Source: Ignavibacteriota bacterium (lineage in GTDB: Bacteria > Bacteroidota > Ignavibacteria > UBA10030 > UBA6906). Taken from it: a stretch of DNA of 64,000 bases. Made by a program: the position numbers and the translations under genes. The notes beneath the pieces were generated by a model. The model had not been told where the DNA came from. It saw only the letters and a list, made by a program, of their open reading frames with translations, and did not search any database. Where the stretch lies: NCBI GenBank assembly GCA_963801355.1, contig CAWDEM010000004.1, forward strand, positions 1,593,279 through 1,657,278, in the 5' to 3' direction. Of the stretch, positions 31,017 through 41,692 are shown piece by piece. The stretch's first letter is position 1, and each line of letters begins with the position of its first letter.

Positions 31017-32414
31017 ATGGCACAGTCACAGTACGACATCGTTGTGCTCGGGGGGGGGCCCGGGGGCTACACCGCAGCAATACGCGCCGCCCGGCTCGGC
31101 CTCCATACTGCTATCATCGAACGCGAACGCCTCGGTGGTGTGTGTCTCAACTGGGGCTGCATCCCTACCAAAGCCCTTCTTCGGAATGCGGAAGTGTACC
31201 GCCTGATCCGCTCAGCGGCGGATTGGGGGATCTCCGCAGAGAATGTCCGCCTCGACTTCCCGCAGGTGATCAAGCGCAGCCGCGGGATCGCGGACCGCGT
31301 CTCCAAAGGCGTCGAGTACTTGATGAAGAAGAACAAAATCGACTCCATCCGCGGATCGGGGCGCCTTCTTTCGGGCGAAACGGTTGAAGTGCGGGCGGAA
31401 GGGAAAGCGACGACGTCTGTCAAGGCAAGGCACATCATCGTCGCAACCGGCGCCCGACCCCGGTCCCTCCCGGGCGTTACTATCGACCGCAAGCGGATCA
31501 TTACCAGTACGGAGGCCATGGCGCTTCCGGAGCAGCCTGCTTCCATGGTGATTATCGGAGCGGGGGCGATCGGCATCGAGTTCGCCTCGTTCTACAACGA
31601 CATCGGGACAAAGGTCACCGTCGTGGAAATGATGCCGGCCATTCTGCCCATCGAGGACAAGGAACTGACCAAAGCGCTGGAAGCGAGTTTACGTAAGCAG
31701 GGGATTCAGTTCCTTACCGAGACACGCGTGGAAAGCGCGACCACCGGGCCCGACAAAGTCACCGTGACGGTACAAAATGCTGCGGGAACGCAAGAGCTGA
31801 CTGCAGATGTTGCACTGGTGGCCGTCGGCGTTCAGGGGAATGTGGAAAGCATCGGGCTCGAATCGCTCGGTGTGAAAGTGGAACGGGGGCATATCGTCGT
31901 GGACAAGAACTACCGGAGCTCCGTTCCCGGTGTGTTCGCCGTTGGTGATGTGATCGGCCCTCCCTGGCTGGCGCACGTTGCTTCCGCAGAAGGAGTGTTT
32001 TGCGTGGAGAGCATTGCCGGCCGCAACCCCGAGCCGCTGGACTACTCCACCATACCCGGTTGTACCTATTGCCGACCCCAGCTTGCAAGTGTGGGATTCA
32101 CCGAAGAGATGGCGGTGGCTGAGGGGTATGAAGTCAAGGTGGGCCGATGCCCCTTCCGGCCCATGGGGAAGGCGGTTGCGATGGGCGAGACCGAAGGGAT
32201 GGTCAAGCTTGTGTTTGACGCAAAGTACGGCGAGCTGCTCGGCGCACACATCCTCGGCTCCGAGGCGACAGAAATGATCGCTGAGCTCGTGCTCGCCAAG
32301 AAGCTGGAAGCAACGGGGCAGGACATTTTCCGGACGATCCACGCTCACCCGACACTGAGTGAGGCAGTGATGGAGGCGGCGGCTGCAGCATACGGCGAGG
32401 CAATAAACATTTGA
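31017..32414 (+). CDS. lpdA: Dihydrolipoyl dehydrogenase (E3)
   Basis: GGGPGGY, GGVCLNWGCIPTK, HAHPTLSE. Confidence 0.97.
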   Translation: MAQSQYDIVVLGGGPGGYTAAIRAARLGLHTAIIERERLGGVCLNWGCIPTKALLRNAEVYRLIRSAADWGISAENVRLDFPQVIKRSRGIADRVSKGVEYLMKKNKIDSIRGSGRLLSGETVEVRAEGKATTSVKARHIIVATGARPRSLPGVTIDRKRIITSTEAMALPEQPASMVIIGAGAIGIEFASFYNDIGTKVTVVEMMPAILPIEDKELTKALEASLRKQGIQFLTETRVESATTGPDKVTVTVQNAAGTQELTADVALVAVGVQGNVESIGLESLGVKVERGHIVVDKNYRSSVPGVFAVGDVIGPPWLAHVASAEGVFCVESIAGRNPEPLDYSTIPGCTYCRPQLASVGFTEEMAVAEGYEVKVGRCPFRPMGKAVAMGETEGMVKLVFDAKYGELLGAHILGSEATEMIAELVLAKKLEATGQDIFRTIHAHPTLSEAVMEAAAAAYGEAINI

Positions 32415-33139
32415 CGGCACAGTCGGAAGCGCACGGCATCGAGGTGGTACGATTGGGTCGGTCGGCGTACCGTGCATGCCTGGCGCTCCAGCGTCATCTG
32501 CAGGAGCGCCGGATCGCCGGCACCATCGGCGATGTCCTTCTGCTCACCGAGCATGATCCGGTGCTCACGCTGGGGACCACCGCAAATGCCGACCATCTCC
32601 TCTCTTCTCCGGAGGTGCTCTCCCGTGAAGGACTGGATGTTGTAGAAGTTGAACGGGGGGGCGATATCACCTTCCATGGACCGGGCCAGCTGGTCGGGTA
32701 TCCCGTTTTCGATTTGACGCAGCACACACCGGATCTTCACCGATACCTCCGCCAGCTCGAAGATCTGGTAATCGGGACCCTTGCGGCATTCGGCGTCCGC
32801 GCGTCTCGTGTCGAGGGATACACCGGCGTCTGGGTGGGAGGCGAGAAGATTTGTGCGATCGGCATACACGTGCGCCGCTGGGTCACGATGCACGGCTTCG
32901 CACTGAATATCAACACCGATCTGTCGTACTTCCGCCATATCATTCCCTGCGGGATTTTTGAACGGGGTGTAACGTCGCTGGCAGAAATTCTGGGACGGCG
33001 TGTCCCGTTGACCGAAGTGGAGGACGCGCTGCTGGGTGTGTGTGCGCGTGTATTTCTGAGAACCGTCCACGAGACTACATGTAAGGAACTTGGGATAGAC
33101 AGTGACTCTCTCCAACGACAGGATGCTGTGTGCCTATAA
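32411..33139 (+). CDS. lipB: Lipoyl(octanoyl) transferase
   Basis: EHDPVLTLG, RGGDITFHGPGQLVGYP, KICAIG, HGFALN, IPCG. Confidence 0.95.
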   Translation: MTAQSEAHGIEVVRLGRSAYRACLALQRHLQERRIAGTIGDVLLLTEHDPVLTLGTTANADHLLSSPEVLSREGLDVVEVERGGDITFHGPGQLVGYPVFDLTQHTPDLHRYLRQLEDLVIGTLAAFGVRASRVEGYTGVWVGGEKICAIGIHVRRWVTMHGFALNINTDLSYFRHIIPCGIFERGVTSLAEILGRRVPLTEVEDALLGVCARVFLRTVHETTCKELGIDSDSLQRQDAVCL

Positions 33140-35111
33140 GACGGTGCTCACCGCCCGTTTGATCGATACAAAGATCCTCGTCCTGCTGAAGCAGGGCAAA
33201 GCCTTCTTTCATATCGGCTGTTCCGGGCACGAAGTGGCACAGGTGGCCGCTGCCGCGGCAATGCGTCCCGGGCACGACTGGGCCTACCCGTATTACCGCG
33301 ATCTTGCGTTTGCCCTCCAGTACGGGTACACCATTGACGATGCGATACGCGAAGCCATGCACCGTCGCGGCGGTCCCGGCAGCAACGGCTTCAGCATGAT
33401 GGGCCATTATGGCAAGAGGGATCTTCGTATTGTTGCGCAATCGAGTCCGACAGGGACGCAATATCTGCAGGCGGTGGGAACCGCCATGGGAGCTGTTCTT
33501 GAAAAGAACGATGAAGTTGTCTATGTCTCATCCGGGGAGGGAGCAACCAGCGAAGGGGAGTTTCACGAAGCGGTGAATTGGGCGGCGCGTGACAGGCTGC
33601 CGGTGGTTTTCCTTATCGAAAACAACAGGTACGCGATCTCCGTACCGGTGACGGATCAGGTTGCAGGGGGGTCGGTGGCAAAGATGGTGCGGGGGTACGA
33701 AGGACTTGCCGCCCGCTGCGTGGATGGGTGCGATTACCCGGTCATGTTTCAGGCTGCGGAAGAGGCGGTCAACCGGGCCCGGAGGGGAGAAGGCCCGACA
33801 CTCATTGAAGCCCAGGTGGTGCGGCTCCTTGCGCATTCGTCATCGGATGACCAGAGGAAATACCGCGATGCGGGGGATCTGGAAGAGGATCTGCGTCGGG
33901 ACCCGCTGCCGCGTTTTGAGCGATTGTTGTTGGAGAGTGGAGCCGTTACTTCAAACGACATCGCGCGGCTGAAGGCGGAATTGCAGAGCGAGATAGACCG
34001 CGTTGCGAAAGACGTGGAAACCCTCCCTGTTCCCGATCCGGCGGAGGTTGATCGTTTCGTGTACTCTCCGGGACGCATCGTGGCCTCTGACGGGTTCGTT
34101 GAGCCCGAGCATACAGGTCCGAAAATCGTCCTCGTGGATGCCGTAAACCACGCGCTTGCCGAAGAGCTGGAGCGCAACCCCGGAATGCTCGTGTACGGCG
34201 AAGACGTCGGCCGCGGAAAAGGCGGCGTCTTTACCGCCACAAAAGGCCTCACGGAGAAGTTCGGCGAGGAGCGGGTGTTCAACTCGCCGCTGGCTGAGGC
34301 GAGCATCGTCGGGACGGCGTTCGGACTCGCGGTGCGCGGCACGTTCAAGCCGGTTGTGGAGATCCAGTTCGGCGACTACATCTGGCCGGCCTTCATGCAG
34401 ATCCGTGACGAGATCGCCATGTTGCGTTATCGCTCGTACAACACCTGGACATGTCCGATGGTGATCCGGGTGGCAGTGGGAGGATACATCCACGGCGGCC
34501 TCTATCATAGTCAGTCCATTGACGGCTTCTTCACGCACATTCCCGGTATCCGTGTGGTGTTCCCATCGACGGCGGCCGACGCAAAGGGACTCCTGAAGAC
34601 TGCCTGCCGGGAAGACGACCCGGTGCTCTTCCTGGAGCACAAAGGGTTGTACCGTCAGGGCTTTGCCTCTTCGCCGGAACCTTCCTCCGAGTATCTCCTG
34701 CCATTCGGCATTGCCAAGATCCGGAAACCGGGGGACGATATCACCGTCATCACCTGGGGCATGCTCGTGCAGCGTTCGCTTGATGCCGCGCGCGCGGTTG
34801 AGGAGCGGCTCGGCCTCAGTGTGGAGGTGATTGATCTCCGGACGTTGAATCCACTGGACAAGGACACGGTCTTGACTTCCGTGCGCAAGACCGGAAAAGT
34901 GCTGATCGTCCACGAAGATACGTTGACCGGTGGGTTCGGCGGCGAGATAGCGGCAATCATTGCGGAGGAAGCATTCGAACGGCTCGATGCGCCCGTGGTC
35001 CGGGTCGCCGCGAAGGATTCTCCCGTACCCTATGCGCCGCCACTGGAGTACGCCATGCTTCCCCAGGAAGCAGATGTCATGCGGGCGCTGGAAAAGCTCG
35101 CGCGGTACTGA
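33102..35111 (+). CDS. 2-oxoacid (probably branched-chain) dehydrogenase E1, fused alpha-beta
   Basis: TPP motif GEGATSEG..ENN, HSSSDD; beta part GEDV, PLAEASI, EIQF, HSQS. Confidence 0.9.
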   Translation: MTLSNDRMLCAYKTVLTARLIDTKILVLLKQGKAFFHIGCSGHEVAQVAAAAAMRPGHDWAYPYYRDLAFALQYGYTIDDAIREAMHRRGGPGSNGFSMMGHYGKRDLRIVAQSSPTGTQYLQAVGTAMGAVLEKNDEVVYVSSGEGATSEGEFHEAVNWAARDRLPVVFLIENNRYAISVPVTDQVAGGSVAKMVRGYEGLAARCVDGCDYPVMFQAAEEAVNRARRGEGPTLIEAQVVRLLAHSSSDDQRKYRDAGDLEEDLRRDPLPRFERLLLESGAVTSNDIARLKAELQSEIDRVAKDVETLPVPDPAEVDRFVYSPGRIVASDGFVEPEHTGPKIVLVDAVNHALAEELERNPGMLVYGEDVGRGKGGVFTATKGLTEKFGEERVFNSPLAEASIVGTAFGLAVRGTFKPVVEIQFGDYIWPAFMQIRDEIAMLRYRSYNTWTCPMVIRVAVGGYIHGGLYHSQSIDGFFTHIPGIRVVFPSTAADAKGLLKTACREDDPVLFLEHKGLYRQGFASSPEPSSEYLLPFGIAKIRKPGDDITVITWGMLVQRSLDAARAVEERLGLSVEVIDLRTLNPLDKDTVLTSVRKTGKVLIVHEDTLTGGFGGEIAAIIAEEAFERLDAPVVRVAAKDSPVPYAPPLEYAMLPQEADVMRALEKLARY

Positions 35112-35145
35112 GAGTACCTATTTCTCAACTTCATGGAGTCCGATG

Positions 35146-36633
35146 ATGGCACGGATCGAAGTGGTCATGCCACAGATGGGAGAGAGCATTACCGAGGGGA
35201 CGATTGTCAAGTGGCACAAGAAGGTGGGCGATCAGGTGAAACTGGATGAGACGCTCCTGGAAATCAGCACAGACAAAGTTGATTCGGAGATTCCATCGCC
35301 GGGCGCCGGTGTGCTTGCGGAGATCGTGGTCGGCGAGCAACAGACCGTGCCCGTTCGCACCGTGATCGCCTATCTCGAGAGCGAGGCCACCCAGGGTCAG
35401 CCGGTCCCGGTCGGGGCCCCACCGGCTCCTGCGAAGACTCTTTCGGTCCCGGGGGAAACCGCGCAGCCGGTCGTCCCCGGAGAAACCGCACCGCCGGTTG
35501 TCCCGGGGGGAACCGCACCGCCGGTCGTCCCGGGGGGAACCGCACCGCCGGTCGTCCCGAAGATTGTGCATCCGGAAGGGAGATTCTATTCCCCGCTGGT
35601 GTTAAGTATTGCGCGGACCGAGGGGCTTCCGCTCGAGGAACTCGGACGCGTGCCCGGATCCGGGGAGGGAGGGCGCGTCTCCAAGAGAGATATTCTGGCG
35701 TATCTTGCACAGCGGCGGCAGACTCCGGAAGTGAAATTGCAGGAACGCCCTGCGCCCGGGAGCGAGGCGGAGACACCGCAGGCGCCTCCGGTTGCGCCGC
35801 CTGATGCGTCCCCGGGTGCGCCGCCTGATGCGTCCCCGGGTGCGCCGCCTGATGCGTCCCCGGGTGCGACGCCTGATGCGTCCCCGGGTGCGTTGCCAGA
35901 CGCGTCCCGGGGTGCGCCGCCGGATGGAACGCAGGCCTCCGATGTTGAGCGAATCCCGATGAGTGTCCTTGTTCAGAAGATGGCGCAGCACATGGTGAAC
36001 AGTGTGCGGACCTCGCCTCACGTTGCCGCGGTGCATGAAGTGGATATGACCGCTGTTGTGCGCCACCGGGATATGCACGCGGCGGAGTTCGAGCGCCGCG
36101 AAGGGTTCAAGCTGACATTCACACCCTACATTGTCCATGCGGTGTCGCAGGCGCTGAAAAAGTATCCGTTGATGAACAGCTCAATCGATGGCACCACCAT
36201 TATCCGGAAGAAGTCCATCAATATCGGTCTCGCGGTGGCGGCCGAGAACGGTCTGATTGTTCCCGTGATTAAGAATACCGGAGACCAGGACATCACCGGC
36301 ATTGCCCGCTCCGTGCATGATCTTGTCGAACGGACACGAATCCGGAAGCTCAAGCCCGACGAGGTCCAGGGAGGCACATTTACGATCTCCAATTACGGAG
36401 TCTTCGGCACTCTCATTGGCACGCCGATTATCAACCAGCCGCAGATTGCCATACTTGGAACCGGAATGATTCAGAAGCGGGTGGTCGCGATCGATGACGG
36501 GATCGCGATCAGGTCGATGGCGTACTTCACGATGTCGTTTGATCACCGGGTGGTGGATGGCAACCTGGGCGGTATGTTTCTGGATCAGGTGGTGAAGAAC
36601 CTGCAGGGCATCGATCCTGCGATGACGATCTAG
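35146..36633 (+). CDS. Dihydrolipoamide acyltransferase (E2)
   Basis: Lipoyl domain STDKV, E3-binding GSGEGGRV, catalytic DHRVVDG. Confidence 0.94.
   Translation: MARIEVVMPQMGESITEGTIVKWHKKVGDQVKLDETLLEISTDKVDSEIPSPGAGVLAEIVVGEQQTVPVRTVIAYLESEATQGQPVPVGAPPAPAKTLSVPGETAQPVVPGETAPPVVPGGTAPPVVPGGTAPPVVPKIVHPEGRFYSPLVLSIARTEGLPLEELGRVPGSGEGGRVSKRDILAYLAQRRQTPEVKLQERPAPGSEAETPQAPPVAPPDASPGAPPDASPGAPPDASPGATPDASPGALPDASRGAPPDGTQASDVERIPMSVLVQKMAQHMVNSVRTSPHVAAVHEVDMTAVVRHRDMHAAEFERREGFKLTFTPYIVHAVSQALKKYPLMNSSIDGTTIIRKKSINIGLAVAAENGLIVPVIKNTGDQDITGIARSVHDLVERTRIRKLKPDEVQGGTFTISNYGVFGTLIGTPIINQPQIAILGTGMIQKRVVAIDDGIAIRSMAYFTMSFDHRVVDGNLGGMFLDQVVKNLQGIDPAMTI
35449..35559 (+). repeat. In-frame 27-nt tandem repeat x4 (PG[E/G]TA[P/Q]PVV) in E2 linker
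   Basis: CCGGGGGGAACCGCACCGCCGGTCGTC-like units. Confidence 0.9.
35794..35925 (+). repeat. In-frame 24-nt tandem repeat x5.5 (APPDASPG) in E2 linker
   Basis: GCGCCGCCTGATGCGTCCCCGGGT-like units. Confidence 0.9.
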
Positions 36634-36657
36634 AGTATCAGCGGTGCAAATGAGGAG

Positions 36658-37527
36658 GTGTGGAGCGTGGCATACGCAGGAGATGGAGTGCGGCGGCCGG
36701 AATGGTTGAAGGTGAAGATTCCCTCCGGACAGAATTACCTCCGGCTGAAGGAATTGATGGACCGGCACCGGTTGCATACGGTGTGCGAGGAAGCGCGCTG
36801 TCCGAACATGGGAGAATGCTGGAGCGCGGGCACGGCAACGTTCATGATTCTGGGTGACGTGTGTACGCGGTCCTGCGGTTTTTGTGCGGTGCGGACCGGG
36901 CTCCCGCAAACGCTCGATCTCGAAGAACCGGCACGGGTCGCGGAGGCGGTCCGCATCATGGAAGTGCGTCATGCGGTGATCACTTCGGTGAATCGGGACG
37001 AGCTTGAGGACGGCGGTGCCTCGGTCTTTGCGGCGACCATCCATGCGGCTCGGGAAGCACGTCCGGGCATGACGGTCGAGGTTCTGATTCCGGACTTCCA
37101 GGGGGATGCCGCTGCCCTGCAGATCGTCGTCGATGCGAAGCCGGATATTCTCAATCACAATACGGAGACCATCCCCCGTCTCTATCCCTCTGTGCGTCCG
37201 CAGGCAAAGTACGCGCGAAGTCTGGCGCTCCTGGATCGGGCGAAGGGAGCAGGGATGGTCACGAAGAGCGGTTTGATGCTGGGTCTGGGGGAGACAAATG
37301 ACGAGGTGCTGGAGGTATTATCCGATTTGCGGGCTGTTTCATGCGATATTGTAACGCTGGGGCAGTATTTGCAGCCCACGAAGGAGCACCTCCCGGTAGC
37401 GCGATATGTGACGCCCGGGGAGTTCGCCCTGTTGCGGGAACGGGGAATGATGATGGGTTTCCGGCACATTGAATCAGGCCCGTTGGTGAGGAGTTCCTAC
37501 CATGCCGGTATGCACATCGGTGTCTGA
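36658..37527 (+). CDS. lipA: Lipoyl synthase
   Basis: [26 protein letters not shown]; start uncertain. Confidence 0.96.
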   Translation: MWSVAYAGDGVRRPEWLKVKIPSGQNYLRLKELMDRHRLHTVCEEARCPNMGECWSAGTATFMILGDVCTRSCGFCAVRTGLPQTLDLEEPARVAEAVRIMEVRHAVITSVNRDELEDGGASVFAATIHAAREARPGMTVEVLIPDFQGDAAALQIVVDAKPDILNHNTETIPRLYPSVRPQAKYARSLALLDRAKGAGMVTKSGLMLGLGETNDEVLEVLSDLRAVSCDIVTLGQYLQPTKEHLPVARYVTPGEFALLRERGMMMGFRHIESGPLVRSSYHAGMHIGV

Positions 37528-37532
37528 TTTTC

Positions 37533-37561
37533 TTGACAAAGTGCCGCGGATTGCGTAACTT
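37533..37561 (+). promoter_or_regulatory. Sigma70 promoter of rplM operon
   Basis: TTGACA-N17-TAACTT. Confidence 0.65.
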
Positions 37562-37616
37562 TAAAATCTGAAACACTTTCCCCCGGTGTCAATACCCTTT
37601 TCAAGGAGTGTTTTTC

Positions 37617-38051
37617 GTGGAAAAGACAACGCGGTTCTTCACGGCCAAGGACGTAGAGCAGAAGTGGCATCTGGTGGACGCAGATGGCAAGACTCTCGGG
37701 CGTGTGGCCACAGAGGTAGCCCGCCTGCTGCGCGGCAAGCACAAACCGGAATTCACGCCGAACGCCGACCTTGGCGATTTTGTGGTTGTCGTCAACGCGT
37801 CAAAGGTGAAGATCACCGGTAAACGGGCCGAACTCAAGGAGTATTTTCACTATACGGGGTATCCCGGCGGCGCAACGTACGAGAAGGTGCAGGATGTCCT
37901 CCGGAAGAATCCCCAGCGCGTCATCGAGCGGGCGATCAAAGGGATGTTGCCGCACAACCGCCTCGGGACAAGAATCTTCAAAAAACTCAAAGTGTATGCC
38001 GGGCCGGAGCATCCGCACGCCGCCCAGCAACCGCAACCATTTTCCGTGTAA
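37617..38051 (+). CDS. rplM: 50S ribosomal protein L13
   Basis: [28 protein letters not shown]; GTG start after AAGGAG. Confidence 0.97.
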   Translation: MEKTTRFFTAKDVEQKWHLVDADGKTLGRVATEVARLLRGKHKPEFTPNADLGDFVVVVNASKVKITGKRAELKEYFHYTGYPGGATYEKVQDVLRKNPQRVIERAIKGMLPHNRLGTRIFKKLKVYAGPEHPHAAQQPQPFSV

Positions 38052-38081
38052 CGATCTTTCTGGCAGGAGACTGAACGCAGC

Positions 38082-38474
38082 ATGCACGCACACACGACGA
38101 CAGCAGTCGGCAGACGAAAGACTTCGGTCGCCCGGGTCATTCTGCTGCCCGGCACAGGCAAAATCACCGTTAACCATCGCCCGCTCGAGGAGTTCTTCCC
38201 GATTGAGACCCTTCGCGCCGACGTACTGAAGCCGCTGGATGCGACGCAGACGGCGGGCAAGTATGATGCCCGCATCAATGTCGAAGGCGGCGGAAGCACG
38301 GGCCAGGCCGGTGCCATCAAGCTGGGCATCGCCCGGGCGCTGGTGGATCTGAGCGAGGATCACAAGCCCGCGTTGCGCGCCGCCGGTTTGCTGACCCGCG
38401 ACCCGCGGATGGTCGAGCGGAAGAAATACGGTCAGAAAAAAGCACGCAAGAGATTCCAGTTCTCCAAACGCTGA
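38082..38474 (+). CDS. rpsI: 30S ribosomal protein S9
   Basis: [26 protein letters not shown]. Confidence 0.98.
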   Translation: MHAHTTTAVGRRKTSVARVILLPGTGKITVNHRPLEEFFPIETLRADVLKPLDATQTAGKYDARINVEGGGSTGQAGAIKLGIARALVDLSEDHKPALRAAGLLTRDPRMVERKKYGQKKARKRFQFSKR

Positions 38475-38499
38475 CACTGTACGTGCTGTATCGGTAAAT

Positions 38500-38575
38500 A
38501 CGCATACTCTTGGATTTCGGCGGCAGTGTCCTGGCAGTGCCGGGATTCCGCCGGAAGATGAAGAGAGTAGAAGAT
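38500..38575 (+). promoter_or_regulatory. Structured rpsB 5' leader (possible S2 autoregulatory RNA)
   Basis: Nested stems TACTCT/AGAGTA, CGGCGG/CCGCCG, TCCTGGC/GCCGGGA upstream of rpsB. Confidence 0.5.
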
Positions 38576-38597
38576 CAACTATAGAAGGAATACTGCT

Positions 38598-39359
38598 ATG
38601 CCCCGCGTCGAAGTCGCCGAACTTCTGGCAGCCGGCTGCCATTTCGGACATCTTACCCGCCGTTGGAATCCCAAAATGCGTCCGTACATCTTCATAGAGC
38701 GGAACGGGATCCACATCATTGACCTCATGAAAACGCGTCAACTCCTCGAAGAGGCAGCCAATGCAATTGCCAACGTCGCAGCAGAAGGCAAACGCATCCT
38801 CTTCGTCGGCACGAAAAAGCAGGCAAAGGAAGTGATCAAGAGTGAAGCGTTGCACACGGGCGAGTTCTACGTGAGCGAACGCTGGCTCGGCGGCTCCCTC
38901 ACAAACTTTACGACCATCCGCAAGAGCGTGAAGCGGCTGACCAATATCGAAAAGATGGAGACCGACGGGACGTTCGACAAGATCACCAAGAAGGAAGCCC
39001 TCTTCCTCGTGCGCGAAAAAGACAAGCTGAACAAGGTGCTCTCCGGCGTGGTCGACATGACGCGCCTGCCGGGAGCGATCTTTGTCGTGGACGTGAAGAA
39101 CGAGGCTATTGCGGTGAAGGAAGCCCGGCGGCTGGGGATCCCGGTGTTCGCCATCGTGGACACCAACTGCGATCCCGACGGAATCGACTACGTGATTCCG
39201 GCCAACGATGATGCCATCAAGTCCGTCCAGGTCATTTGCAAGGCGATCGCCGAGGCGGTGCTGGAAGGCAAACAACGTGCAACATCGGTACGGATAGAGC
39301 AGGCGGCGGAAGCCGAGAACCGCGGCAAAGATGCTGCGGCTGAAGTCAAGGCATCATAG
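38598..39359 (+). CDS. rpsB: 30S ribosomal protein S2
   Basis: [34 protein letters not shown]. Confidence 0.98.
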   Translation: MPRVEVAELLAAGCHFGHLTRRWNPKMRPYIFIERNGIHIIDLMKTRQLLEEAANAIANVAAEGKRILFVGTKKQAKEVIKSEALHTGEFYVSERWLGGSLTNFTTIRKSVKRLTNIEKMETDGTFDKITKKEALFLVREKDKLNKVLSGVVDMTRLPGAIFVVDVKNEAIAVKEARRLGIPVFAIVDTNCDPDGIDYVIPANDDAIKSVQVICKAIAEAVLEGKQRATSVRIEQAAEAENRGKDAAAEVKAS

Positions 39360-39383
39360 GACGCACACGAAAGAACAGGCAGA

Positions 39384-40250
39384 ATGGAAATCACCAGCGA
39401 ATTGATTAAGACTCTCCGCGAAAAGACCGGTGCGGGGATGATGGATTGCAAACGTGCCCTGGAAGCTTCCAAGGGCGACATGGAAGGAGCAATCGAATTC
39501 CTGCGCAAGAAGGGTGCGGCGGTCGGACAGAAGCGCGCCGATCGCTCGGCCAAGGAAGGGATGATTGTCACCCGCGTGAGCGCGGACGGTAAACTGGGCG
39601 TGATTGTGGAAGTCAACTGTGAAACCGACTTCGTCGGCAAGAGCGAAGACTTCGTGTCGTTCGCAGGTCTCGTTGCGGAAGTGGTTGCCAAACACCGTCC
39701 GGCGTCCATCGATGCCCTGCACGGTCACTCCACCAACGCCGGCAAAAAAGTGATCGAGCACCTGAACGACCTGCTCGCGAAGGTCGGTGAGAAAATTGAA
39801 GTGCGCCGGTTTGACATTGTGGAGGCGGGCGACGGCGTTGTCAGTTCGTACACCCATCTCGGCAACAAGATCGGCGTGCTTGTGGAGTTCTCCGGATTGT
39901 CGCTGGACGCCTCGGTGAAAGGTGCGGGACGGGATATCGCGATGCAGGTGGCCGCCATGAATCCGACGGTCATCGGCCGCGACCAGATTTCCAAAGCCAC
40001 GATTGAGCACGAACTGGAAATCTATCGCACGCAGGCGAAGAACGAGGGGAAGAAGGAGCAGGTGATCGACCGGATTGCCATGGGCAAGCTGGAGAAGTTC
40101 TATCAGGAAGTGTGTCTCCTCGAACAGACGTTCATCAAAGACCAGGGAAAGACCATCAAAGATGTTTTGCTGGAGGCGGGGAAGGCTGCCGGAACTGTAC
40201 CCACGGTGCGCCGGTTCCTCCGTTTCCACCTGGGCGAAGAACAGAATTAG
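39384..40250 (+). CDS. tsf: Elongation factor Ts
   Basis: LREKTGAGMMDCK, EVNCETDFV. Confidence 0.98.
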   Translation: MEITSELIKTLREKTGAGMMDCKRALEASKGDMEGAIEFLRKKGAAVGQKRADRSAKEGMIVTRVSADGKLGVIVEVNCETDFVGKSEDFVSFAGLVAEVVAKHRPASIDALHGHSTNAGKKVIEHLNDLLAKVGEKIEVRRFDIVEAGDGVVSSYTHLGNKIGVLVEFSGLSLDASVKGAGRDIAMQVAAMNPTVIGRDQISKATIEHELEIYRTQAKNEGKKEQVIDRIAMGKLEKFYQEVCLLEQTFIKDQGKTIKDVLLEAGKAAGTVPTVRRFLRFHLGEEQN

Positions 40251-40256
40251 ACCGCC

Positions 40257-40985
40257 ATGGAAATGACCCGCTACAAGCGCGTGCTTCTCAAGCTCAGCGG
40301 CGAAGCGCTGATGGGGGATCAGCAATTCGGGATCGACCCGGTCCGGCTCCGGCAGTACGCCGAGGAGGTGCGGACGGTCAGCGAACTCGGTGTGCAACTG
40401 GGGATCGTGATCGGCGGAGGTAACATCTACCGTGGTGTATCGAACTCCACGAGCGGGATCCACAAGGCCACCGGCGACAACATGGGCATGCTTGCGACCG
40501 TGATCAATGCGCTCGCCCTGCAGGCCTCGTTGGAGAACGTCGGATTGGTGACGCGGCTCATGAGCGCAATCCGGATGGAAGTTGTGGCCGAGCCGTTCAT
40601 CCGCCGCCGCGCCATCCGCCATCTGGAGAAGGGCCGTGTCGTCATTTTCGGGGCAGGCACCGGCAACCCGTATTTCACCACAGACACCGCTGCAGCGCTG
40701 AGGGCTGTGGAGATTGAAGCCAACGTTCTCATCAAAGGTACGCGGGTAGACGGCGTCTTTGATGCCGACCCGGAACACAATCCCGCCGCCGTGCGCTTCG
40801 ACCGGATCACCTATAGGGATGTTATGAAGCGGGATCTGAAGGTCATGGACATGACCGCTATCACCCTGTGCCGCGAAAACGGTCTGCCCATACTCGTGTT
40901 CAACATGAACCAGCCGGGAAATCTCCGGCGCCTGCTGCTCGGCGAACCGGTCGGCACACTGGTTTCGGAACAGCTTTCATCCTAA
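40257..40985 (+). CDS. pyrH: UMP kinase
   Basis: [26 protein letters not shown]. Confidence 0.98.
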   Translation: MEMTRYKRVLLKLSGEALMGDQQFGIDPVRLRQYAEEVRTVSELGVQLGIVIGGGNIYRGVSNSTSGIHKATGDNMGMLATVINALALQASLENVGLVTRLMSAIRMEVVAEPFIRRRAIRHLEKGRVVIFGAGTGNPYFTTDTAAALRAVEIEANVLIKGTRVDGVFDADPEHNPAAVRFDRITYRDVMKRDLKVMDMTAITLCRENGLPILVFNMNQPGNLRRLLLGEPVGTLVSEQLSS

Positions 40986-41005
40986 TTCACCATACGGAAA
41001 CCGCC

Positions 41006-41563
41006 ATGGTCAAGACAATTCTGAAGGATGCCGAAGACCGCATGCACAAGGCGAGCGAAGTGGTGCGTCAGGAGCTGGCGAAGATTCGGACAGGGAAGGC
41101 GACGACCGCACTGCTCGACGGGATCAAGGTCGACTACTACGGCTCAGCGATGGCTCTGAATCACATTGCCAATGTGAGCGTCATGGATGTGCACACGCTG
41201 GGCATCCAGGCGTACGACAAGGCCGCGCTCGAACCTATTCACAAAGCCATCCAGACCGCGAACATCGGTCTGAACCCGATCAGGGACGGGGAGATCATCC
41301 GCGTGCCGATTCCGATGCTCAATGAAGAGCGCCGCCGCGAGCTGGTGAAGCTCACCAAGAAGTTCGGTGAGGACGGGAAAGTCGCCGTGCGCAACATCCG
41401 CCGGGATACCATCGAACACCTCAAGAAAGCGGAGAAGAACGAGCACTTTTCGGAGGATGAGCGGAAACGCGGCGAGGTGGAAGTACAGAAAATGACCGAC
41501 AAGTGCATCAAGGATATTGATGCCATCCTTACACTGAAGGAAAAGGAAATCATGGAGGTGTGA
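41006..41563 (+). CDS. frr: Ribosome recycling factor
   Basis: IRTGKA, VDYYGS, EERRRELVK, AVRNIRRD, KEKEIM. Confidence 0.97.
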   Translation: MVKTILKDAEDRMHKASEVVRQELAKIRTGKATTALLDGIKVDYYGSAMALNHIANVSVMDVHTLGIQAYDKAALEPIHKAIQTANIGLNPIRDGEIIRVPIPMLNEERRRELVKLTKKFGEDGKVAVRNIRRDTIEHLKKAEKNEHFSEDERKRGEVEVQKMTDKCIKDIDAILTLKEKEIMEV

Positions 41564-41586
41564 GTCTGGCCTCATAAGGTGATTCT

Positions 41587-41626
41587 ACGGCCCCGTGCGG
41601 ATTCCGCAGCGGGGCCGTTCCTTTTC
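41587..41626 (+). terminator. Rho-independent terminator after frr
   Basis: ACGGCCCCG...CGGGGCCGT stem then TCCTTTTC. Confidence 0.75.
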
Positions 41627-41692
41627 GGGGCTGCAACACACGGGCGCGGACTCCGTACACTCTAGTAGAAACACAACGCAAGGGAGCTCGCC

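Noticed and set aside
37800-40778. Long minus-strand ORFs (491 and 474 aa)
   Set aside because: Antisense shadows of rplM-rpsI-rpsB-tsf-pyrH, expected from high-GC codon bias
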